In this document: positions 22,462-36,970 of the stretch, piece after piece | Numbering within the stretch: position 1 is the first letter of the stretch | Layout of the letters: the number at the start of each line of letters is the position of its first letter | Assembly (NCBI RefSeq): GCF_009914755.1 | Contig: NC_060932.1 | DNA: 64,000 nucleotides | DNA from: the human T2T-CHM13v2.0 reference genome, Homo sapiens | Strand: one strand, 5' to 3' | Notes under the pieces: generated by a model | Told to the model about the DNA's origin: nothing | Database searches by the model: none | The model's input: the letters and a program-made list of their open reading frames with translations, nothing else | Translations under genes and position numbers: made by a program

Positions 22462-24550
22462 TTTTATTTTTTTATTTTTTTATTTTTTATTTTTATTTTT
22501 ATTGATCATTCTTGGGTGTTTCTCGCAGAGGGGGATTTGGCAGGGTCATAGGACAATAGTGGAGGGAAGGTCAGCAGATAAACAAGTGAACAAAGGTCTC
22601 TGGTTTTCCTAGGCAGAGGACCCTGCGGCCTTCCGCAGTGTTTGTGTCCCTGGGTACTTAAGATTAGGGAGTGGTGATGACTCTTAACAAAGCACATCTT
22701 GCACCGCCCTTAATCCATTTAACCCTGAGTGGACACAGCACATGTTTCAGAGAGCACAGGGTTGGGGGTAAGATCACAGATCAACAGGATCCCAAGGCAG
22801 AAGAATTTTTCTTAGTACAGAACAAAATGAAAAGTCTCCCATGTCTACTTCTCTCCACACAGACCCGGCAACCATCCGATTTCTCAATCTTTTCCCCACC
22901 CTTCCCGCCTTTCTATTCCACAAAACCGCCATTGTCATCATGACCCATCCCCAATGAGCCGCTGGGCACACCTCCCAGACGGGGTCGTGGCCGGGCAGAG
23001 GGGCTCCTCACTTCCCAGTAGGGGCAGCCGGGCAGAGGTGCCCCTCACCTCCCGGACGGGGCGGCTGGCCGGGCAGGGGGCTGACCCCCCCACCTCCCTC
23101 CCGGATGGGGCGGCTGGCCGGGCGGGGGGCTGACCCCCCCCACCTCCCTCCCGGACGGGGCGGCTGGCGGGGCAGAGGGGCTCCTCACTTCCCAGTAGGG
23201 GCGGCTGGGCAGAGGAGCCCCTCACCTCCTGGATGGGGCGGCTGGCCGGGCGGGGGGCTGACCCCCCCCCCCACCTCCCTCCCGGACGGGGCGGCTGGCC
23301 GGGCAGGGGGCTGACCCCCCTCCCCCCTCCCGGACGGGGCAGCTGGCCGGGCGGGGGGCTGACCCCCCCCACCTCCCTCCCGGACGGGGTGGCTGGCCAG
23401 GTGGGGGGCTGACCCCCCCACCTCCCTCCCGGACGGGGCGGCTGGCCGGGTGGGGGGCTGACCCCCCCACCTCCCTCCTGGACGGGGCAACTGGCCGGGC
23501 AGAGGGGCTCCTCACTTCCCAGTAGGGGCGGCCGGGCAGAGGAGCCCCTCACCTCCCAGATGGGGCGGCTGGCCGGGCGGGGGGCTGACCCCCCCCACCT
23601 CCCTCCCGGACGGGGTGGCTGCCGGGCGGAGACGCTCCTCACTTCCCAGACGGGGTGGCTGCCGGACGGAGGGGCTCCTCACTTCTCAGACGGGGCGGCT
23701 GCCGGGCGGAGGGGCTCCTCACTTCTCAGACGGGGTGGTTGCCAGGCAGAGGGTTTCCTCACTTCTCAGACGGGGCGGCCGGGCAGAGACGCTCCTCACC
23801 TCCCAGACAGGGTTGCGGCCGGGCAGAGGCGCTCCTCACATCCCAGACAGGGCGGCGGGGCAGAGGTGCTCCCCACATCTCAGACGATGGGCGGCCGGGC
23901 AGAAACGCTCCTCACTTCCTAGATGGGATGGCGGCGGGGAAGAGGCGCTCCTCGCTTCCTAGATGGGATGGCGGCCGGGCAGAGACGCTCCTCACTTTCC
24001 AGACTGGGCAGCCAGGCAGAGGGCTCCTCACATCCCAGACGATGGGCGGCCAGGCAGAGACGCTCCTCACTTCCCAGACGGGGTGGCGGCCGGGCAGAGG
24101 CTGCAATCTCGGCTCTTTGGGAGGCCAAGGCAGGCGGCTGGGAGGTGGTTGTAGCGAGCCGAGATCACGCCACTGCACTCCAGCCTGGGCACCATTGAGC
24201 ACTGAGTGAACGAGACTCCGTCTGCAATCCCGGCACCTTGGGAGGCCGAGGCTGGTGGATCACTCGCGGTTAGGAGCTGGAGACCAGCCCGGCCAACACA
24301 GCAAAACCCTGTCTCCACCAAAAAAAAAAACGAAAACCAGTCAGGTGTGGCGGCGCGCGCCTGCAATCGCAGGCACTCGGCAGGCTGAGGCAGGAGAATC
24401 AGGCAGGGATTTTGCAGTGAGCCGAGATGGCAGCAGTACAGTCCAGCTTTGGCTCGGCATCAGAGGGAGACCGTGGAAGGAGACCGTGGAAAGAGGGAGA
24501 GGGAGAGGGAGAGGGAGACGGAGAGGGAGAGGGAGAGGGAGAGGGAGAGG
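22462..24550 (-). mobile_element. Full-length SVA retrotransposon (SVA_D-like), antisense to VPS13B
   Basis: On + strand: T-rich tail ~22462-22500, SINE-R ~22500-22965, GC-rich VNTR ~22965-24095, Alu-like ~24095-24460, hexamer array 24492-24551; TSD GCTGTTAGTTTT at 22450-22461 and 24551-24562. Confidence 0.97.
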
Positions 24551-24957
24551 GCTGTTAGTTTTATGGAGAGTCCCTGGTATGTTACTTCACACTTTTCCTA
24601 TTTTTAAAATTCTCTTTGTGTTTGAATTTTGACAGTTTCACTATAATGTTCATCTTTTCTCAGTTTGACTATAATGTATCCTGAGAGGACCTTTTTGGGT
24701 TGAGTCTATTTGGGAAACTTTGAGCTTCCTGGACCTGGATGTTTATATTTCTTCCGTGACTTGAGATGTTTTCAGCAATTATTTATTTAAATAGGTTTTA
24801 TATGCTTTGTCTGTTCTCTTCTTCTGGATCTCCAAAAATACATGCTTTTTTTTTTTTTTTTTTTTACTTAATAGTATCCCATAGGCCCTGTAGGCGTTCT
24901 TCTCATTCTTTTTAATTATCTGTTTTTTTTGTTTTTTTTTTTCGGCTAACCTGGGTA

Positions 24958-25167
24958 CAGCAGGACCTCAAAATAATGTTCAGCGTTGTTTAGTTATAAT
25001 GTTGCTGAGACAAAAATGATTTCTGGTTAGGACCTCTGTCTTTATGGAGTTTGCTTGTTCTCCCCATGTCTGCATGGGTTTTCTCCGGATACTCTGGTTT
25101 CCTTCTGCTTCCCAAAGATGTGAATGTTTGGTTAACTGGTATGTCTAAATTGTCCCAGTATGAGTGA

Positions 25168-25207
<40 letters not shown>

Positions 25208-25832
25208 CATGATGTAATGGTGTCCTGTCCAGAACTGGTTTCCACTTTTTACCCTGAGTGTCTGGATAGGCTTCAGCCACCTGTGACACTGAACTGGAAT
25301 AAGCAGGTTGGAAAATGAATGATCACGTTACTATAAAATAAAAATGCGTAAAGTATATGATAATCATACAAATGCACAATATATTATGCGTTCAGAAAGC
25401 ACTCAGTGATCTCACCATATTCATTGTTTTTTTAACTGTGTGGCATTAGAGGATGCTCGTTTTCACTTTGCAAACATTTATTTCATGATTTCATTCATAA
25501 CCATTGTGACTTCTGTCATTCGCCAATTCATAAATTTGGTAAATATTTATTAATCTTAATTTTATTAATTTAGTAGTGTACTAATTTGATACTAATTTAA
25601 TAATTTCATTAATCTTTCTTAAATGTACATATAACCTACATCTATTTCAGTATTTGATATTAGAAGTGGTTTGACTCTTTACAATATTGGTGATGTTTTT
25701 GTGACTAGACGTAGGCTGTAGGAACTTTTGTTTATATCAGTTAGCCTAGGTAAAATTAGTTTTGTTACATGTTGTTTCATTTAAATCACAGTTTCCAAGA
25801 ACCCACTGATGATGTCAGGTGAAGATTTCCTG
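24958..25832. mobile_element. Tigger3b-like (Golem) DNA transposon with internal (TG)n at ~25165-25205
   Basis: Ends CAGCAGGACCTC ... GAAGATTTCCTG; TA duplication at 24956-24957 and 25833-25834; host L1 rejoins across it. Confidence 0.8.
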
Positions 25833-27181
25833 TATTTCAAAAGACTTATGTTCAAGTTCACAAATTCTTCTGCTTGATCTAGTGTATTGCCGAAGCTTTC
25901 AATTGTATTTTTTAATTTTATTCACTGACTTCTTCAATGCCAAGATTTCTGTTTGGTTCTTTTTTATGGCATATATCTGTTCGTTGAATTTCTCATTCAG
26001 ATCATGAATTGTTTTTCTGATTTTGTTGAATTAACTATCTGTATTCTTTTGTATTTCACTGAGTTTCCTTAAGAAATTACTGTGAATTCTTTTCAGGTAT
26101 TTTATAGGTTTGTCTTCCTTGGGGTATGTTATTAGAGAATTACTGTATTCCTTTGAGGTGTCATGTTTCCATGCCTTTTCGTGTTTCTTGTGTCCCTAGC
26201 TTGATATCTGTTTATCTAGAGGAACAACCACCTCTTCCAATTTTATGAAGTAGTTTTCGTAGGAAAAAACTTTTTCCTGTAGATTTGACTTACAGTACTG
26301 GTTGAGTAGGGTGTTTAGGCTTTTTTCCTCATTGGGTGCAGTAGTGTAATTTCTATGTGATTTCTTCACCCGTCATCAATATCAGCATTTTCTGTGAGTG
26401 CCTCAGTGGGCTAGATTGTGGGTGTTTGTGGAGGCAGTGGTGTGGCTTTGCTTGGGGTGAGGAATGCTAGGCAGGCTGGTCCTTAGTCCCTGAGAAATGG
26501 CTGCTATTTCTCAGCTGCCATTTTCTGATTACAGTGTCCAAGGGATGTAGAGATGCCAGGGCTATTGAGCCCCAAGGCAGAATGCACTCCAGCAGTTGCT
26601 TCATTCTCCAAATGATATAGTACTGCAGCAACTTGGATCCTGAGGAATTCAGTGGATCAAATGCGAATTCTCTCTTTGGAGCAATCCAGCCTTATGGACC
26701 TCAGGTAGCTCCCTATACTGGACTCAGGGCTTGTGAGGACTGTGGAACTGCCCTGTAGCTTGGATTGCAAGTATCCACAGTGGTCATGGGGACTGCTGAG
26801 GATGTCTTGCTTAACTTTTCTCGTCAATAGGGAGTCCCTTCTGGCTCCAGGCTGATCTTGGCCAGGTGCTCTCCTTTCCCCTTTATGCTGACATGTGGAG
26901 TTTCTGTACCTCAGAAGATCTTCATTACTTCCTGATGAGTTCCATTGTTCTCCCATAGACACTAAACTCAAACTGCTCTATTTGTTGTTTTGGTTTTTCT
27001 TTGTGGAGGAGATGAACATTGGGTACCATTTTGATTGAAGTTTTTAATCTGTTCACTTCTAATTTTTATTCATATGATTGGATTTACATTTATCATTTTG
27101 CTATTATTTTCTGTGTGCCTCATGTCTTTTTTGTTCCTCTGATATTTATTAATTTCTTTTGTAATAAATTGATATTTTTGA

Positions 27182-27553
<372 letters not shown>

Positions 27554-28308
27554 CGAATTATTTTCTTTGTGATTGCTTGGGGGATTATAATATGCATCTG
27601 ATTTACTGCAAACTAGTTGAGATTATTGATAACTTTATTCCATTAAAATAGAGAACATTTCTCTACTATAGCTCCATTTTCTTCTGCTGCTTGTGCTGTT
27701 ATTGTCACATATATTGCATCTTGTTAAAAGTTCAACTATACAATTTTATCATTATTGTTTTATGCAATTTCCTTTTAAACCAGAAGAACAAAGGAGAAAA
27801 AAGCATTTATACTGTCCTTTACTAGTCACCAACATAATTACCTGTATCGTTTTGTTGTGTGAATTTGTTGTGTGAAGTAGCTGTTGCTACTTCCTTTCAG
27901 CCTAATGAACTTCCTTTAATATTCTGCTAGGAATCAATTATCTTATTCTTTATTTGAGTATATTTTAATTTGCTTGCATTATTGAAGGATAATTTTGCTG
28001 GATATAGAATTCTTGGAGAAATTAGGTGTTAATCTACTAAAAGTTTCCTTGTACCTGAAAAATTATTTTTGTCTTTCTGCTCTCAATATCTATATATTTT
28101 TTGTCCCTGGCTTTCTGCAGTTTGACTATGATATATTTGGATTTGAATTCACTGATTCTTTTGCCAATTCAAATCTGCTGCTGAGCCCTTCTAGTGAATT
28201 TTTTATTTTGTTGATTGTACTTTCAACTCCAAAATTTTCATTTTTTTTGTAATTTGTTTTTATTGACATTTTCTAATTGATGAATCACTGTTGTCATATG
28301 TTTCTTTA

Positions 28309-28620
<312 letters not shown>

Positions 28621-29589
28621 TTATTTGTATATGGTTTCCCTTATTTCTTTGAACATATTTGGAATTGATGTTTTGAAGTCTTTGTGTACCAAGTCCTGTA
28701 TTTGATCTCCTTCACAGATAGTTTGTTTCTATTGACTATTTTTATTTCTGTACACTTTGCATGTGTCATAGTTGTTTGTTGTAAATTGGACATTTTGTGT
28801 AATATATTGCAGCAGCTTTGGATTTTGATTTCTTCTCCCCCAGGAGATGGTTGTTGTTTCAGGATTATTTGTTTATTGACTTGCCTCGACTAATTTTGTG
28901 ATGTCTGTTTCGTGTGCCTTCTGATTTCTCTGCTCATTAAAACAAATTCTCTTTTCTATTTTTAAGCCTGGCATTCTAGGAATTTCGCTGGGTTACTATA
29001 ACTTAGTCATCAGCCAGTGATTGTTTGGAGGTTGTTTAAACCTTTGAGCTAGTTAGGTATTTACTCTTTGGCATGGGATATATACATTTATTGGGTAATA
29101 CTTTCAAAGTCAGGAGATTATAAGTCTGTTTTTTTTTTTTTTAAATTCTCTATGTTCATGAGGCCTCATGGTTAACTCGAAATGAGTAGCTTGCTAGTTA
29201 CTGCCCTCTCTTTGTGGTTGCTTAGGGGATTATATCTGTGTATCTGGTGGAACAACAGATATACAGTCTTCTGAGTAAGTACTATCTTGCACATGCATAC
29301 AACTTTCTAGACTACCAGTAATATATATGTGAGACCCTGGCAAGACCCTGTTGGGCTATATCATTTTCCAGATTTCTCTGTTAATTTTTGGGCTGGTTTG
29401 CTGTTTTGTTGCCTGACCCAAATTGTATTGTGACCCTATGCTAGCCTTACTCTTATTGCTGCTGAGCTGTCTGTTGTTTTTGACAACTTTGTCCTGTTTT
29501 GTCATTGCTTTTTGGGGAGAGGATTTGCCGAGCTCCTCATTCAGCACTCTTGAAGTCTTGTCGCATGCGCGCGCGTGTGTGTGTGTTCC

Positions 29590-30900
29590 TGTAGTAACAA
29601 ACATGTGACATAAAATTTGTCATTGAGACTGGGCATGGTAGCTCGTGCCTGCAATCCCAGCACTTTGAGAGGCTGAGATGGGAGGCTAGCTTGAAGCCCA
29701 GGAGTTGAAGACAAGACTGGGCAACATAGTGAGACTCATCTGTGCCAAAAATTAAAAAAATTGGTTGGGCGTGGTGACGTGCATATAATCCTAGCTACTT
29801 GGCATGCTGAGGTGGGAGAGCCCAGGAGTTTGAGGTTTCAGTGAGCTGATTGTGCCACTGCACTCCAGCCTGGGTGACAGAGTTAGACCTTGTTTCTTAA
29901 AGAGAAATGACCATCTTAAGCACTTTTAAGTGTATACTATATTACTATTAATTATATGCACATCCTTGTGTAGCAGATCTTCAGAACTTTTTTGTCTTGT
30001 AAAACTGAAACTCTCTATCTATTGAACCAATGACTCCCTTTTTACCTTTCCCCTGCCCCAGCCCTTGACAACCACCAGTCTACTTTCTAAGAGTCTGACA
30101 ATGTTAGATACCTTATATATGTGGAATCATACAGTATTTATCTTTTCGTAACTGGCTTATTTTATTTACCATAATGTCCTCATGTTTCATCCATGTTGTG
30201 GTATATTATGGGATTGGCTTATTTTTTTAAGGCTGAATAATATCCCATTGTATGTGTGTATTACATTTTGCTTATCCATTCATCCTAAAATGAGTATTAG
30301 AGTTGCTTTTACTTTACAGCTATTGTGATTAATGCTGCTTTGAACATGGGTGTGTGAATATCTCCTTAAGATTTTCTTTTAAATTATTTTGGGTATATAC
30401 CCAGAATTGGGGTTTCTGGATCATTGTAATTCTGTTTTTGATTTGTTGAGGAACCTCCATATTATGTTCTGTAGCAGTTGTACCATTTTATGTTTCCACT
30501 AAGAGTGTATAAGTATTCCATTTTCTCAACACTTACTATGTTTTTGATAATGGCCATTGTTATGGCTGAGAGATATCTCATTGTGGTTTTTTTATTTGTA
30601 TTTCCCTAATGAGTAGTTATGCTGAGCTTCTTTTCATATACTTATTGGCCATTTGTATATCTTTTTTGTGGACATGGCTTCAATTCCTTTGTCCATTTTA
30701 AAATAGAATTATTGTTATTTTGTTGTTGATTAGTCATAGGACTTGTTTATATATTCTAGATATTAGTACCTTATCAGATAGATGGTTTGCAAATATTTTT
30801 GTCCATTTCATAGGTTGTCTTTTTTACTCTTTTTCCTTTGTTGTGCAGAAGTTTTAAAATTTGATGTCTCATTTTTCTATTTTTGCTTTTGTTGCCTGTT
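29590..30900 (-). mobile_element. L1MB-type 3' fragment with an AluJ (+, ~29627-29900)
   Basis: aaaactgaaactct...cccagcccttgacaaccacc...gtggaatcatacagtattt signature. Confidence 0.75.
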
Positions 30901-31589
30901 ATGTTCATTTTAAAAGTATCCCTTTTCTCTGTTATTTTATAATACCTTACCTAGAATTAGATTTTTGAGATATATTCAACTCTGTTCTGAAATTCTTTGC
31001 TACTAATATCCTTTGCATTATCATAGATGTTCTGATTTTAGGGATGCATTTTACATGATGTATTAACTAAAAGTTATACATAAATAAAGTATTTTTAAGT
31101 TGTAGACATATATTTCAAGAAGGGAAAAGAATGAAAAGAAAATTCCTTTTTTGGTTATCTTAAGGAAGATCCATTTGTTATAACAATCATCATTTGTGTT
31201 TCACCTTTTACTATATATGTATGTTGTTTATTTTTCCTTCCTCTGTGATTTTGAAATTGAAACTATCTTGCTTATAGTCAGATCATATGGCTCAAAATTC
31301 CATGTTCTAATCCAGAAAGCCACCTCTTGTGTTACTGTTTGGTTAGTAGCATTCTGATGATACTAAGTTCTTGAGTTTGATTCAGGTGTCTTTAAACATT
31401 TGTACTCTGAGAACTCTGAGACAATCTGATTTATGCCCTTAGACTGCAACTTTGGTAGCCATTTTGCAAATATATCATTGTTACACAAGGCGTAGGGTGG
31501 TAGAGGTGGAATTGTAATGTGCTCATTGTCCAGTTAGATAGATAAATAGCCAGTGGAAACATTTTCAGTGCTGATAATGGAAGTATAGA

Positions 31590-31820
31590 GGCAGTATTAT
31601 AGTGGTTAATTGCCATGGCTGTGGAATAATATTTCTTAATTTTGAGTCCAGGCTCTCCTAGATGACTCGTTTTGGGAAGATTCCTGACCCTTCATGTCTC
31701 AGATTCTTCATTGTAAAATGGGGATAATGCTATTTACATTTTGTGATTCTTAGGAGGAGTAAATGATTGTATACGAGTAAGGTGCTTAGAATAGCGCCTG
31801 GTACATACTCAGTGCTTATT
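31590..31820 (+). mobile_element. MIR
   Basis: Core cttcattgtaaaatggggataat ... gtaaggtgcttagaatagcgcctggtacata; further MIR remnants near 32120-32200 and 36180-36215. Confidence 0.7.
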
Positions 31821-32934
31821 GCTTTTGTTACAGGCACTGATCAATATATAATCTTGTGCTAGCTGAACAATGCTTGAAGAAATTAATGCATTTTAAAAAT
31901 ACTGTGATAATGACAAATATCTAAAAATTGTAACATTCCATTAGCATAGAGTACTAACAATAGACTTAATAGCTGACCTTTAAAAAAAAACCCTCTGGTT
32001 GAAGAAACAAATTAGGCCCACACTTTTGTAATAATAATAATAATAATAAGCACCTTTATAATGATTTCTCTGTGAGGAAGGTAGTATTCTAAGCTTTATA
32101 TAGATTAATATAATATTCAAAATGTAGTCTTTTTATACAAATTTTACAGATAATGAAACTGAGGCACAGATACAATAAACTGTCTGCTGGCTGCAGAGTT
32201 ATTGGTCTTAATCACTTTGCTATACTGTCTGTATTTAGGCATATTGTTACTGTGTTGCTGAACCAACTAGGTAGACTAAAATGTGAATGAATAAGCTTAA
32301 TATTTTTATTAACTTTCACAAATAGAGTTACAATAACTAAAAATGTGATAGAAATACATTTTTTTCTTCCTCCTTTGTTGATTTGTAAACAAATTATATC
32401 TAGAAGTGAGACAAATGAGCATAAAGCAATTTTGGTGACATTTTTCATGCCTAACCTTTTATCTAATGATAATGAAAAGCAGTCAGAAAACATTTAAAAT
32501 TTATGACCAAGTAGTATCCAGTTCAATTTTACATTAGGTGAAGTGGAATACTTTTTTTTTTTTTTTTTAAGTTGATCAGTTTTCATTTTGTCAGGTTATT
32601 TTCAAATCTCCAATTGAGCTCCCCTTTCAACTTGACTTAGAATACTGTTCTATTAGTTTAAAATATATTTTGAAGACATATTTTTAGATGGAGACTTAAA
32701 AAATTACATCATTTCAGTTATTTGAAGTACTGCTGCTATATACTGTTGCACTATCATATATCAGCCTTCATCATGTACTGAGTATTATATATTATTTCCA
32801 TTCAGCAAAGTAGGAGACAGGCCTAGAGTGCTTAAGGAACTTATTAAATGTAACTTGTACCATAAATTATTGTTATTTATCATTAACTATGGCCTAACAA
32901 GGTATTTGATGCTACTTTTTGATAAACAGTAATT

Positions 32935-33103
32935 CTGAAAATATTTTTGTGTTGGACATTTTATTTCTCTTTTAAGAAAGGAATTTGTATATTAGAATGA
33001 AAAATATTAAGCACTAAACAATAAGTCTCTGAATATTCTTGTGTTGGAAATTTTATTTTTTAAAAAAGAAATTTGCATATTATAATAAAAAATATTAAGC
33101 ACT
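32935..33103 (+). repeat. Diverged ~90-bp tandem duplication just upstream of exon 3
   Basis: Two copies of ctgaa..tatt.ttgtgttgga.attttatt...aatttg.atatta.aat.aaaaatattaagcact. Confidence 0.85.
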
Positions 33104-33136
33104 TACTAATTTTTATGTAATGTTTTGTGTTTTAAG

Positions 33137-33280
33137 GAACTGAAATTACCATTCACTTTTTTAAGTGGACATATTCATGAATTGAGGATTCATGTACCAT
33201 GGACAAAACTGGGTTCAGAACCAGTGGTAATTACCATCAATACTATGGAATGCATTTTGAAACTTAAGGATGGGATACAG
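33137..33280 (+). CDS. VPS13B: VPS13B exon 3: ELKLPFTFLSGHIHELRIHVPWTKLGSEPVVITINTMECILKLKDGIQ
   Basis: Read by hand (not in the ORF track). Branch-like TACTAAT 33104-33110; acceptor ttttaag|G; 144 nt open, phase 0-0; donor CAG|GTAAGA; chorein-N motif G.I.EL.I.VPW..L..EPV.I.I. Confidence 0.97.
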
Positions 33281-33314
33281 GTAAGAAATTATTGAACCAA
33301 GTTGTTTATGTTAA

Positions 33315-33698
<384 letters not shown>

Positions 33699-36285
33699 TT
33701 TAATTTGTATATGCCTGTTTAAGTGACATGACTATTTGCAAAGTCATTTTTAAATTTGAATAAAGTATGTAAAGGTTGTTTTCATACAGATTTTACTTTG
33801 TCATAGCTCTACTAGGGACCATGCAGATTGCTTATTACTTACATCTACAATGAAAGTGCAGCCTAATTGTGTCCGATTTTTACATTAACATTTTTAGATT
33901 TTTGCAAAGGACCTGTATGTATTTTTTCTTTACATAATTTTTCTAAATCTGAAGGGAATTTCTCAGGTTATTTTTTGGGAAGATGAAAATATATTTACAC
34001 CAAATTTTATAATTGTTTTTGAAGTTTTGGTATAAGAAACTGATTTTTTCTTTTTTCAGATTTATTTATTTCTTCTCTGACCCATCTTACATTTCTTGCT
34101 AGTGTTTTTTTGCAGATGTAATATTGGTTTTAAAGAGTTTCTACCAAAAATTTTCCAATCTAGGAAAGCAAAATAGGTCAGGACCATAGCTTATTGTGGA
34201 GAATGTTTCCACTTTCACCTTGCAGAAGAGTAGTGTGTCTGTCATTCATTTTTATTAGGTTTTTTTTTTTTTTTAGCACCCACTTAATATTTAACTTTTA
34301 GTTTTAAGGAAGATTGGCTATAATCAAGTAAATTGATAAGTATTATTAAAATGACTTCATATGAATCTGTAAGTTTAACGTATTCTAAATGTAACTTTAA
34401 TCTTTGTGAAGTTAGGGTTATGTATGAACTGTTAAAATTATTTCCTATTTTAAGTGGATGCTTTGAGTGCCATATCAACCCAGTGGACTCAGATCTTTTT
34501 TCCATTTATGAAATCTTTGATTCCAAACACGTATTATCCAATTTAACTTAATATAGTTTCTAGAAGTTAATAGACCAATGTTATATTCTCATGAAAATGA
34601 AAAGTTACTTTGTGAACTTCTAATATTTGAGAGATTAATTTAGAAATCTGTGGATAGTTACATTACAACAAAGTTTTACTTTCCATTTATAGTTGGTAAT
34701 ACTTAAATGTTAAGTGGTTCTTAATTATTATCTTTTCTTGGAATTTATTTTTTTTCAAAGTCTGGACTTGGTTATACCACCCATGCAGTGTTCCATATTA
34801 AAAGAGAAAAAAAAAATCCAGACACTTAAGTACTTTTTTCATTGAGAAGGTAGAAGTTTCAAGGCCAGATGTCCCTTAAGAAACATGTTTTAACAGAGGC
34901 AAATTACAACTAATTATAGAGGCTGCAGAAAAAGACTTGTAACACATGACTTAGTGCAACCTAGAACTAATACTTGATATTGGACTATGCAGATGGCTAC
35001 TGCAGGAATGATCAGATTTCCTGCTTGCATGGTATTTGGGACTTGAATTTTGTGGTTTGTACAGCAAAAGGTTAAATGTCATGAATGTAAACCACTCTCA
35101 AAACAAGTATTTTTTACAGATGTTTAAAATTTTGGGTTAGAAAGGATTTTTGAAAATTGCAGTTGACATTTGGACAAATTATTTAGCAGTGTACACCTCT
35201 GGAGAGTAATGCTTGGGTTTATGCTAGTGATTGGAATTAAATTTTGCGTAAAAACATTGTAGATGAAACAGATTTTAAAATAGTTTATTTTCCTGTTTTA
35301 AGCTTTGATTAGTATAGTATGTAATTAAGCAGGTACTAGTAAAACTGAATTAGTTTATATTCAAAGTATTTCAAGTTATTACATTGTAGAATCACCACGA
35401 AGAAAAGACGTATTTTCTAAATAAAATTGTGGTTGGAATGGTAGGTTCAGTGAAGGGGCCTTTTAGAGTTACAGGTACTCAAAGATATGAATCTGTTAAA
35501 AAAAACTATTATGCATAGGAATGTATTGAAGTATGATTAAAAGGTAGGAATATGAGGCTTAAATCAGATAAGATCATTCCAAAAATAAGATTTTGTTAAA
35601 TGCCTTGATAAGAAGGCATGTCTTGTTTGTGAAGGTCAATTTAATTCTACCAACATTTGTTGGTTGTCTACTCTGTACTGCACTGAAAAGCATTGCTAAA
35701 ATATTTATATAATCTCAGCAAAAGACACTTAGAAAAAGAGATTCATAATGATTGTGATTCTAGTGGTCATGGTTTTAATATACTGCCTTAACATATCCTT
35801 ACAATCAGTTTTACTTATAGAGATTTTTAGGATGACAGGGTGACCGAATTGTTGTGTTAGGTAAAATAAAGTCCATCTTGATGTTTACTCTGAATTTTAA
35901 AAAATATATTGAAACTTCACTCATGAAATAGTTGTTAATGATTTCCTATTCACTCTGAGAGATGTATCTATGTCAGTCATTGCCCTCACTTTTAAATCTT
36001 GCAGAGTTACTACTTGTAAACTGTTTATCCTGTTTTTGATTTCAGATACACAGTTTTTGATTCATGACACATCATGTCCATGCTAATCTAATAAATACTT
36101 GTTAACATAACTCAAGAGCTAAAACATTATCAGTAACTTCCATTTAACTATGTGCTCCTCTCCTTTTTCATATTCTTTTTTGTTCAGCCTCTAGGGGCCT
36201 CATCTGTAAAACAGGACAAGACTTGCTATACAATTTAAAAAATTATATGATTGATGTGCTTTCTTTGATCATTGAATTAAGTCTT

Positions 36286-36661
<376 letters not shown>

Positions 36662-36678
36662 TTAAATCTTTTCATCTA

Positions 36679-36868
<190 letters not shown>

Positions 36869-36970
36869 TTTGAAAATCATCTTTTGAACCTAAAAATCTG
36901 AGATTATCTTCTAATAGGAGAAATACTTGTAGTTTCACTCCAGATTAAACTTATTTTTATGTATATATTC

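Noticed and set aside
22965-24095. Repeat array superficially like a CRISPR array
   Set aside because: Contiguous degenerate VNTR units without unique spacers; eukaryotic SVA context; no cas genes.
22938-24632. Cluster of long Pro/Gly/Arg-rich ORFs on both strands (up to 234 aa)
   Set aside because: By-product of the stop-poor GC-rich SVA VNTR and Alu-like region.
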